From: Candidatus Omnitrophota bacterium | GTDB lineage: Bacteria; Omnitrophota; Gorgyraeia; Gygaellales; JAQTUX01 | Length of the DNA: 64,000 bases | Direction of reading: 5' to 3' | Assembly (NCBI GenBank): GCA_028707125.1 | Contig: JAQTUX010000002.1 | Coordinates: 336,355 to 400,354, forward strand | Shown here: positions 37,101 through 49,100 of the stretch, one piece after another | Position numbering within the stretch: position 1 is the first letter of the stretch | Layout of the letters: every line of letters begins with the position of its first letter | Translations under genes and position numbers: made by a program | The notes under the pieces: generated by a model | The model's input: only the letters and a program-made list of their open reading frames with translations | What the model was told of the DNA's origin: nothing | Database searches by the model: none

Positions 37101-40100
37101 AGTCATCCCCTGATACCTTCTTGACTGCCGCCTCTAATAACTTGACTCGCTGAGTAATATCGGTCAAGGCGGGCGCCTTTCTCCTGAAAACCAGTATGAT
37201 CCCGCCTGCCAGGATAAGCACCGATACGACGTAACGCGCATATCTGTTCCAATCAATCTCTTCTGCCACGGGAGCAATGCTCTTAATAAATCTGTTCTTT
37301 ACCTCAATATTTTCCGCCGCGGACGGAAGGGCTTTTCTGATCTCCTCTCTCAGTCCTTCAATTACCCGGCCCTCGTCCTGGCCGTGCCGCGCCTTTAGCC
37401 CTGCGATCATGCCCCTGATATCCAACTCCCTGAAGGCCAGCCCTGCCTCGGCTATGACAGCGGGATCCTGATAGTCGCCTAACCAGACCAACAGACCGAT
37501 ATCCCAGTGTGGACTACGTTTGTCTATGTCCGCGATCATAAGCCCTGCGCCCCGAGATAAGGGGTAGCCCCCAATACCCAAAGCATCTTCCTTTTCCCAG
37601 TCAATTTTATCTCCGTATTGAATAAGGGTGTATTTACCTGCTTCTTCATTAAGCGGTTTGGCGGCGCATACCAGGACCAGCGGATTCGAAGGCGCCCCCC
37701 TGTCAATCACCCTGCGGTAGCGGGCTCCGCCGCCGACTTTAGGAGATGTCTCCATATACTCCTCTCCCCTGTGTTCACGGGGATTCGCATCCACAAGCTC
37801 AAACTTGTAATAGTCGTAATCTGTCCGGGCATCTTTGAAAGCGGCGACTGTCTGCGCCCAATTGATATGCCCCTGATAAGACCTCATGGCAAAGGTCGCC
37901 ACGACAAGGATTATCGCGACGGCCACCAGTAGTTCGATCAAACTAAAGCCGGCATCCTTACTGCTGTATGATGGAAATTTGGCTTTGAAATGCTGACTGA
38001 TCAAATAAAAGAACAGGCCTGCTGCGGCTAAAACATATGGTTCCCCACCAGCCACGGAGAGGTAAACCAGTGCCGCAGCAAGCCCTGTAATTATAAATCC
38101 TGTAAGTGCTTTCGTTTTTACCGCAAATAAAAACCCTGCGGAGCGGGATGCCTTTTTGCCGGCAGCGCCTGAGGAAGCTGCGCCGTAGCCGCGTCCATCT
38201 GTTTGACCACCGGCGGCCCTGAGACGCGTGAAAATACGGCTCAGAATATCCGCCTGCTTTGCCTCATGAAGCTCGAAGAAATAAGGATGGAGATAGACGA
38301 AGCACAGGCCGGTCTCATCAATGGTGAATGCGGCAACCGGGTTGTCGCCATCCGCAACAGCTGTCGCGGGAAAGCTCGCCGTTACTACAAAAAACAGCGA
38401 GTCCATGAGGTCGGTTACAAGGCTTATCTTATTGATCTCGTAAACCCGCGACTGCAGGGTATCATATCTGCCTTTATCAAAGCCGTCCGGGATGCTGTCC
38501 GGAGTCAGAATGCATCCTCCCGGCATTATCTCCGACCATTCAGGCCCATAGTCACACTTTGCCCGCGCCGCCGCCTCCTCGGGTACACGGGAAACAACGC
38601 CGTTTCCGATCCCGAACAACCCGGCTGACCCGGACAAGATGCCGTTGATACTATGCTCATCTATACATTTGCCCCGCTCCCTGAGTTGATCGGCAATCTG
38701 CCTGATCGTGATTCTGTCGTTAAGGCGCTTAATCGCCCAGGCCAATTCCCAGTCAATATCCGGTTTAACCCTATTCCAGAAATCCCGCCCATGTACAGCG
38801 CTGATCCTCTGCTCGTAAAACCAGTTCATGGCGTTGCCCGCCGCCAATACCGGGAACCTGTCTGCGGATATGCGCATATTTCCGTATTGGTGTGAATAGA
38901 ATCCCCTCTGACGGCTGCCCGATGCCTGCCAGGAATCGCATGGCGTAAGGCCAATACTGCCGAATAATTCCCTGAACTGCCTGTCGATCTCCTTTTCTTT
39001 CTCAACCGGCATATATTCCTGTTCCTCGCTACTCAACGTATAGTACGCGCGCAATTCCCTTATCGGAGGTAATCCGGCCAACGCGGCGATCTGCATAGCC
39101 CTGAGATATATCCTGACCGCCAGCTCCTTTCCGATCCTCATCCCCTTGGCATGGACACGGAAGAAACAGCCGTGTATGTGAACCGCGCCTCCTGCAATAT
39201 CGATAGTTCCGGCATGGCCCAAATACACCCCGTTCCAGAACAACTCCACAAAAACCGATATCCTATCCACCTCGTAACTCTTTATCTTCCAGAGTTCAAC
39301 TATGTTATGGCTGTAAGGAGCCGTTATTGCCGGGAAATCCTCACTATTCCTGCAACGAAATCCCTGGGTCTCCAAAACGGTTGTATATTGGTCAAACCGC
39401 TCTTTCCGCCAGGCAGGGTGTGTTGGTTTAGCGCCATTGCCGTTACCTGCGGGAGAACTGGCCGAATCCAAAGAGGCCTCCTCCTCTGCCGCCTTCGCCC
39501 TCCTGAAGCCGAGGAAAAGGGCGGGGGCATAGATGGCAAAACCCAGCCATGTCGCCGCTGCGGTGGGATACCAGGGAAGATAGAGTATGTTATGGGCGAA
39601 GGCGGCAATAAAACACGGCCCGGCCCAGGGGCGCATCCTGGACACCCCGGGGCAATGCCTGTTTTTTTCCATGACGAAGAACATCAGTATGGAGAACGGC
39701 GGCTGGGTAAGGCCTACCAGGATAATACGCAGGGATTCAAATTCTGGCCCGGGGAAATACCAGAACAACCATCCCAGGAAAGGCGCGAATATCAGGAAAG
39801 AGATGATAGCTACGGCGCGCATAGTGGCAAGGTCGTCGCGGCGTAGAAGCCGCCTTTCCATAGAGGCATAGTAGAAGAACGTGATAAACAAAGAGATCGC
39901 GGCCGTTGACATCTGGTCGGCAATGCCGCGGATCTTTTCATCAAGAGGGCTCCATAGTGTATAGCTCCACGGCCAAAGCCAGCTGAAAACACAGGCGGCC
40001 AGGGCAAGCATCGCCAGGATCTTGCGGAGGTTATACGGCTCTGATAAATCCCCTGCCCTCCTGCGCTCAAGATACTGCCCCAGGAAGGCCCCAACAGGTA

Positions 40101-43100
40101 TGAACATGCTCAAGCTCAGGAAGCCGCGCAATGTGGTGCTGCTGGGTATCGCGGTTATAAACCACAGGTTCAGGCAGGGATTGGGCAGGCATTGAATAAC
40201 GGAGAACGTGAGAACGATAAAGGCGGAAACTACTGCTATGAAACTATATGTCAGGACTGGCCGCGGCTGGCGAAGGAATCTCTCTCCTGCAATAACTAGG
40301 GCAGCTCCTGCAGTAAACCAAGGTATGGAAAGTAATACGGCATGGAAGACGAATGTCCCGCAAAGGAGCGAAACCGCCGTTTTTACGATCAGGTAGAAAC
40401 CGATAATAATAGGTAAAGAGGCGATGAGCAATATTGTTTTGGCAGGGCCGGACGAAGAATGGATACTAACAGACGAAGATGCGGCTGGCGGCCCGGTCGC
40501 GGGAAAGGAAGCAAAATAACCCCCCATAAGCGGTAATGCCGAATGCCTGGAACCAGTCAAGCCCATAAATAAAGGGCCTGCTGCGGCTAAAACATATGGT
40601 TCCCCACCAGCCACGGAGAGGTAAACCAGCGCCGCAGCAAGCCCTGTAATTATAAATCCTGTAAGCGCTTTCGTTTTTACCGCAAATAAAAACCCTGCGG
40701 AGGAAGATGCGCCTTTACCGGCCGGCGCAATTTGTGTGAACACATGGCGCAGTGCCCCTATCTGTTTCTCCGCGGGAAGTTCAAAGAAAGAAGGGTTCAG
40801 ATAGATAAAAGATGCCTCACCGGCTGGATCAATGGTATAGGCGACCTCGGGGCTACCCGCCTGTTTAATGGCTATTTCCGGAAACTCTGCCGCAACTACA
40901 AAAAATACCGATTCCAGAACCGCCCTTAACTTCCTGCCTTCCTCTCTGTTGATATTGTTAATGGCTAAAACCAACTCCTGTAAAGTATCGTAATGCCTTG
41001 GATTGAAGCCGTCAGGGACAATAGCTGTCAATAGTGCGCCTCCAGGCAGGGCCGGACTGGAGGAGAACCCTTCCATATTTATCTTTCTTGCCACGATAAG
41101 GTACGGCCGGCTCCCCTCATGCGCCTCATACCGCCTCCTCCATTCTGTAGCAGGATAATCCAGAGGGAACGCATCCTTCCAATATATCCTGTAAGGATAC
41201 CCTTTATACTCAAGCCAGTCCGTGAAGAACTGCGCGGGAATGCCTCCAGGGAACGACCAGGAGTCGTTATGAGAAAAGAGAAAGTACCCACCCGGCTTAA
41301 CCAGTTCGTCATAATCATTGAGGTGTTTTCTCCTGTCATTGAACAGCTCTCCCCCTTCACCTGCCGCAATATCGCAGAATGACTCGCTTAATATATCTAC
41401 GGTTCCGCTCTTGGGGTATGTTTCGTCATCACGCCGGGTTATTACTTCTAATCCGGCCCAGGAAACGGGGTTGGTGCCCCAAGTAGGACTAGGCAATTCA
41501 AAACCGAGGCGGCGCGCCGCGGGAAATGTGTTTTTGAGCCCGCGTAATAAATCTCCGTTGCCTGTGCCTACGTCAAATATAAGCCCGCCAAAAACAGCAT
41601 CGCCCATTGTCTGCTGAAGCGTGATCTTGAACATGGCGGAATGATCATCAAGTTCGTATCTGCCCTTCGGCATAATATACCAGTTGACCGCCAGGTGAGG
41701 CAGGAATGCCGCCAACGAGAACAATACCACGAACAACATCCCGGAAGGGTTAAAGTAATTTAAGGCGGCCAATAATATCGCGCTGGATATACTGATCGCT
41801 ATCTTGTCATCCGTAAATGCCTTGTTCCAATTGCCTTGCATAAGATCAATACGGCTCAAATGATTGAGATGCCACATCGGCAGGACAAACAGCAGCAGCC
41901 AACCCCACACCATAGGGCCGAAACACAAAGAACAACCCATCCAATGGTATATAGGATAACTCACCCCCAAAGTGCAACCCGCGACCCAGCCGACTGATTC
42001 TACAAACGCGGGGGCAAAGACAAACCCCCAGAAGCGGCCGAAATAGCGCTTTGCCCAGTAGTAAACCGGCAGCATCACCGGCCACATGCCGCCCTTCAAC
42101 CTAAAGCTGGCCTTCTTTTGCTCCGGAGAGGAACTTTTGGCGGATGAAATATTTCTCTCTTCTTTAGAAATAATATAAGCTTTGGAAGAATGTTCTTTCC
42201 CAAAGAAATCTACAGAACTGACATCGCAACCGGTTTTTGTCCTGAATAACATTTCAATCTCTTCCGAGCCTGCCGCTATATTAATAATTACGGCTTTCCC
42301 GCCCGGGGCAATATGAGGCGCTATTTCATCCGCGACCCTATTTAATAATCTGCCGCCATAATCAAACACGCTCCTCTCTGAATGAGCCACCGCCTCTGGC
42401 TCGGTTTCATGTGACAACTGCGGCGCATTAAAGATAATCAGACCATACTCACCTAAGCCGTTAAATAAGTCATTGACAAAAGCCTCAACCTGAAGGCCAT
42501 TACCCCTCAAGGAACAGGTCAGTAACGTATTTTGTACCGCCATTTCTAATAAATCTACAGCCGTAACCAGAGCGCCTTTAGTGGCGGCTATAAGCGCCTC
42601 TAAACCTTTCCCTGTCCCGACAATTAAAACTCTCATTCCCGGCTTTGCGTATTTATCAGCGGCTTTTGCGCTCATAACACTTGAGCAATGCATACCATGA
42701 AAAACTCCGGGCAATATTGGAATGGCGGATAATTCTGTTATTCTGATTTCTCTAAAATCGGAAAAATAACCCACAACGTCTGTGCTATGCGCTAAAATAT
42801 CTGCAAATTCTCCGTTGCTAAAAAGAGCGTAGACATGGCGGGTATTATTCAGAAAATAAAACTCTTCTTCCGGGGCCAAAAGAAATCCTATCGCTTCTCT
42901 TAAAGCTTCAGCCATAGCCATATCCAGCGAACTGCAATATGCCAAGAAATGAATGGTTGCTATGTCTTTATTACCCCGATGTAAACATAGCAATATGGGC
43001 ATATTTTTATAGCGTATCACCCTCATTGTGCCTGTAAGCGCGGTCTTCTCCGTAAGTTCAAAGGCAGTCAATATTGCGTGTTGATCTAATCCGGACAGGG

Positions 43101-46100
43101 GCAGATCCGCGGACTCAAATATTCCGCCACGCGCTGGCTGCCACTCTAATTCTTCCTCACGAATACCCAGCGTCACAAAAACGCTCCTGGCAATCGCCAT
43201 CTCCTCTTCGCTTACAGGAAAACCCGCGTCCAATAAAGCTTTTGATTCAGGCGTCAATAGTGCCGAAGAAAAAGCCGCCGCCGGACTTGAGCCATTTTCC
43301 CTGTGTATCGCCTTTGTTTTAACCAGGATGTCAAAAATCTTCTGCCCTAGTTTTTCGGGAAACTCCCCTTTTGTCTTATAGGGCTGATTATTTCTTATCG
43401 CCGCGTCGCGCCATACACTATAAATCTCGCTGAGCGGTTTGCTTTCACCTCTAAACCTTACCGTGCGGCAAGACCTTATCAGGAAACCATCAAGGTCTCT
43501 CCGGAATTCCTCTTCGGTTTCAGCCAGCTGCCCTATGCCTTTATCTTTAAGCATCTTATAAACCGCGGAATAAACCATGCCGTCCATATCGGCTCTTTCC
43601 GCGTCAAATACCATGGTTGAGATGCCCGCCTGGATCTTAACCGCACAGGCGGGGACTGCTTTAGCAAGGTATTTTACCTCATCCTCTCCTATGGCATAAC
43701 GCCCCTGTCTTTTCCTGAAAGCTGCCTTGACGATTTTCGTGCGGCTGATCCCATGCTGGATATTCTTTAAGGTCACGGGAAACTTACCGCATATAAGCTG
43801 GGCTATCGACTTGAGCGCCTCATTTCTGTCCGTATATACGAAGGCATGGCCTTTATAATAATCTTCTACTATCTGCCGGACAACCTGCGGGGCTATTTCG
43901 CCGGCAAAACTGCGCAGCTCTTTCAAGTACTGCGCGTAACAGTGGGCGATTATTAAAAGTATGGAACCACCTATGACAATAAATATTAATAGGCCGGTTA
44001 ATATAAGCACCACCCTGGTTACGGGATCATCCATCCCTGCGGCCCTCGCGTACCCGCCCGATACTCTGTCCGCTGCCATGACAAGGCCCGCGGGAAGCCG
44101 CGACAATAACTCATCAACCGGGCTGGAGCTTCCCGTTCTCTCTCTTGCGTCAGACATGATGTCTTTAATGACGGCATAAAGGTTATCGGGCCTGAAAGGC
44201 GCCTCTACCAGATCATCTATATCATATTCGCATACCTCATCCGGCAGCGTTGGGCCGTCTGCGCTTCGCTTCCTGTTAAGGAACAGCCTGATCGCATCAG
44301 CCCCATCCAGTGAAACGCTGGTAGTTTTCTCTTCGCCGTTGTCTATAATAGACATATTGACAACATATTGGATCCCGGGCCTATGCGACTTGGCCAGCCT
44401 TGCAATAATGATCTCATAAAGCCTGTTGGGGGTTTGGAATGTTCCAAGCGCCTGCCTCTTTAACCCTCTCTCAGCGCCATCATCAATAAGCAGCTCCGCT
44501 CTTATCATCGGCGGAGCATCCTGTTGAGCGGCTTGCGCATGCCGGCTGGAGATAAAATACATCCTCTTTCTCATTCTGGCGGACTCTATCCTTGAGGATA
44601 ACGCCCTCACGATATAACTCAGCGCGAAAGACCCTATTGCCAAACCTCCGATCACGATCAGCCCCTCCGCCAGGAAGTCCCCGGGCATACCGGACAAGAC
44701 GATATCTACCGCGTCCCCTGCCGCGCTGCTTGAGGAGGCGCCGGCCTGACGCGCCAGCCGCTCTGCCTCGATGCGCTCGATCTGGCTTCCCATGATCCGT
44801 ATGAGCCCCTTTGCCTGCTCTTCAATATTGCCCTGGGTCATGCCCATGCGGGTCGGGGCGCCGTTCTGCTGAGAATTGGTTATGCTCGTCGGGCCGGCCT
44901 CCTTGCCTTTCTTGGACAGGCCGCTTGAGGAAGAACCCTTAGGATACGGCTGTTTGTCAACAAGGTTAATGTACCCGGCGTTGTCCAACAATGGAAATAT
45001 ATTTTCTTTAAGGATCTTAGCGGCCAAGGCGCTGCTAAAACTATAATCTTCCAAAGAGGCGCCGCTGTTCTGATTAACCCAAAAACAGAAGGAGCCTACG
45101 GCCTTATCTCCGAGGTAGAACGTAAAAGACGCCGTCCTGTCTTTTTCATTATCGCCGGTCCCGGTCTTGCCGCCCACAATCTGTATGTTATCCCGGATAA
45201 ACTGCGCGTTTCTGCCCGTGCCTCTGTCAACCGCCGAACGCAGGCAGTTTTCCAGCAAGAGGCATATTTCTTCATTCAACACCCTGCGCTTTGTGCCCCT
45301 TCCGTCCTTCTGGAGCGCAACTTCAAAAGGCGTGCCTTCCGCAAATCTCAGGCCATCTATCCTTATTGTATCGCATAGCCATCCCTTACTTTTAATCACC
45401 GACATCAGCTTGGCTAACGAGGCGTTGTTATCTCCGGATGTCCCCAGCGTAGTACTTAAATGGGGGTTTAATTCAAAACTTCCGGCGTAACCTAATTCGC
45501 GCCACCGGCGGTTAATGACCTCAAATGCCGCCTTCTCTAATCCGTAGAACTTCCTTGCTTCATTTTCGCCGATTATCCTGGCTATCTCAACGTCACGGAT
45601 ATCTTCTAGTACGCGCACAAAAACAAGATTTATAGACTGGACAAACGCCTCTTCAATGCTCATCTGTGCAGGTAAGCCGGGGTGATTATTCTTAGGGGCG
45701 TATTCGCTTCTGCCGGTATAGAATGAAGTTTCTATTGTAGGGTATTCTCTCCTTAAAGACTCTCTTAAGACTTCAGCCAGAGAAGCCGTTGGGTTTTCTT
45801 CCATAAAGGCGCCAATCCAGTTTAAGAGAGACGTTCCGGTGTCCCTCTGGTTTTTGTTGCCGTAGATATTATTTGCGGCATATAATCCTTCCAGGTTACC
45901 TATGTATTCTTTAATTTTAGCGTCATCGCTTTGCCATAAATTATACAGCCCCTCCACCAGCCTCAAGTAATCCGTAATCACCCGTAGCTTGGAAGTAGAG
46001 CCCATAATCATTCTTCCCATATAATTATCCCGCAGGCTGCTTGTATTAACATCAACTATAACCTGGTCAAAATTATCCTCCCTCTCAAGAATAAATAGGC

Positions 46101-49100
46101 CGCATTCCACATTAGAGGCATGGGCAGTGGTGGAAAAATAATTCCCATAATTATTCTGCTGTATACCTCTGAACAACGCCCTTATTTTGGCCTCCAAGGC
46201 TACATCATAAGTTACCTGCACAGAAACATTCATAGAATTTATCTCTTCAGGCGTTGCGCTAAGGCCTGCCCATGATGCCAAGGCATCCCGCGTTTCAATC
46301 TCTCTCTGCGTCAAGTGGTAAAAATAGCTGTTGTCGCCATTGAAACTGATTAAGCCCGACAGGCCTATCCTTGAAGCGGCATCCGCCAGCTCCCCGCTAA
46401 TCAGTCCGTCTTCTTCCATACGCATAATAACGCTGTTGGCTTTATTATTCAGCGGTTCTTCAAATATTGATGCCTTCCCCGCTGCTTTTGCCCGGGCTAA
46501 ACTCCTTAGCTTGGACGGGTTGTTTATTGAAGCGCTTATAATCGCGGCTGCCTTCAGCGCCCTTGCTTTCATGGTTAGATCCTGATGTTTACCCTCCGGA
46601 AGTGTTAAATCGCGCTTCAAGGCAACCTTGTTCATGGCACAATATGTATAGAGCGCGTTTATCAGACCCCTGTTTCTTTCATCGCCAAAATATAGCGAAT
46701 TGGCGTAATGCAGGAATAAATCGCGGCGTGCGTCAATGGTATCCAGGCCGTTTTTATAAATAAACAGCCATGACCCCGCGTATTGCCTTAATTTATCAAA
46801 GGGGCCAAATGTCTTTTCTCCGCTTGAAAACTGAATTTTGTAATACTGCACCGGAATGGTGCTTGCCCCGAAACTCCCCTGCCCGGAAAGATACCAGATA
46901 GCCGCCTTAACAATACGCGGGTCTATTACTCCTGAATAATATGCGGTCTCCTGAAGCCAATACCTGTGATTTTCGGCATAGCTTACCGTATCCACAAGAA
47001 GCGGCGGTATCTCGTCAAAGGAGTTATAAATCAGATAGTCCGGCTGTAGGACTTTTCTGTTGCTCTCCCTGCCGGTCCGCTCATAAATGGTCAAGCCGCG
47101 CATAGAGAATTCCCCCTCTACAATGTATGCGCTATTTTTCCGGGGCATATCTATCTTGCGGTCAAAGGGAGGCGTTATCCCGCACTCAATAAGCGCCCTT
47201 GTAAGGGCGCCTTGATTAACCTGCTGCGATATCTTAAAATCATCGGCTTCCAGAGCTCGCATAAATATCGGTATATAGGGATAGCCCCTCTTTTTTAACT
47301 GCGATGAGCCTTCCGAGGCATCGGTCATGGTCTTGTAGAGAGCGGTCCGTCCATCCTTTAGCTCCCAGTTAATATGCCTGTTAGCCGTGCCGAAAATAAA
47401 TGCCTGAACAGGGCTATAGTAAAACTCCGAAGCGGACAGGCCTGTGAATAGAATTAAAATTATGCCTGACCGACGCAGTAAATACCAGCCGGGAAATGAA
47501 ACGGGTTTACCGGAATACCTAAGTATGAAGTAATAAAGCAGGGCCAGGCAGGCATTAACGACCAATATGCATAAAACGGTACTCGCGGAGACCGCGGTTA
47601 TCATAATAGCGATATCTTTATAACTAAGGTACGCTATATTGTCCTTCAAAAGTAGATACAAACCGTAGAATACAAATAAACTCGCTGCCGTTTCCAAAAT
47701 CAAGACGAATTTACTTCTCTTGGCTATCGTGGGGACGGTTTTTCTATCCGGGCTGCGCGCCAGCAATTCCTTCCATTTGGCAAAATCCTCTTCTGCGGCC
47801 TTGGGGTCTCCTGCTAATTCGTGGATCTTCCCGAGGTTCAGATAAACATCAGGGTCATCTGGGGCAAGCTTTGCTATGGCCTGGTTATAGGCGTTAATCG
47901 CCTCCTGGAATTCTTCCATATAGTAATAGGCATTACCCAGGGATTTATACACCGAGGCGAAAGGAGCATTCAGTGAGATTGCCTTCAGGTAATGCTCTAC
48001 TGCTTTTTGATATTCTCCCGAGCCAAAATATATTAAACCGGCATTATTGTGGTAATCGGGGTTATCCGGCAGTATATTTAATGCCTTTTCAATATCCTCT
48101 GCGGCTTTCCTGAAATTGCCTAATAGGCTGTAAATATAGGCCCTGTTGTTATAGGCGTCAGCATAATCGGGATTGGCCTTTATTGCCATAGCATAGTATC
48201 TTTTTGCCTTGCGGTACCTCCCCTTCTCCAGGCAGGTATCGGCATATTCTTTATATTGCTCCTGTAATTCGCTGTCGGCTGTAAAATGCCATTTCCACCA
48301 GTATGAGACCATTTTTTTCAAAGCGAAAAACAAAGCTGAGAATTTAGTCGCCGCGAAATGATAAATACCAATAAGGATATGCCCTGTAATTAGCGCTGCT
48401 GCCTGTAGGAGGCCGGGAAGGGAAGATATAAACGCCCCACCCTTTGCGACTCTGTCTTTTGTTCGTTTGAACCATTTGTAACCAGACCTTAGAAGTTTTA
48501 TCAGGTAAGGTAATACCATTAATGCTGCTATTATGCCTATTGCATAGTGTAGGGGCTTTGATGTAGTGATGAAGGTGTAGGTACTCCTGAAGAAGCTGTC
48601 TGCGCCCTCTTTTAACCTGTCCACCTTTTCCTGGATGATCTCTGCCAAGGGCACAGGGGTCTGCGTAGCAGTGGGGGCAGTGGTAGGCGTCAGGGTCGGG
48701 GTGGCTGTAGGTTCGGGGGTTGAGGTAGGCTTAGGGGTATTAGTTGCCGTTGGCTCTGGGGTGTAGGTTGAAGTAGATGTTGGCTTTGGTGTAGATGTGG
48801 CGGTCGACTGTGGAGTTGTAGTCGGCTCTGGAGTTGAAGTATCAGAGGGTTGGAGGGTAGATGTTGATGTTGGCTTTAGCGTAGAGGTAGGCACTGCTGT
48901 AGGAGTATGCGTTGCCTGTGGTGTAGACGTTGATGTAGGATGCGATGTAGGCGTATGAGTTGGGGTCGCGGCAGGAGTAACAGTGGTAACTTCTCTATTT
49001 CTAATCTTACCTAAGGCATATGCTGCTGCATTGCGGACATCCCAGTCTCCATCTTTTAATGCCTCTATGAGGACAGGGATAGCAGAAGGGTCGCCGATGT

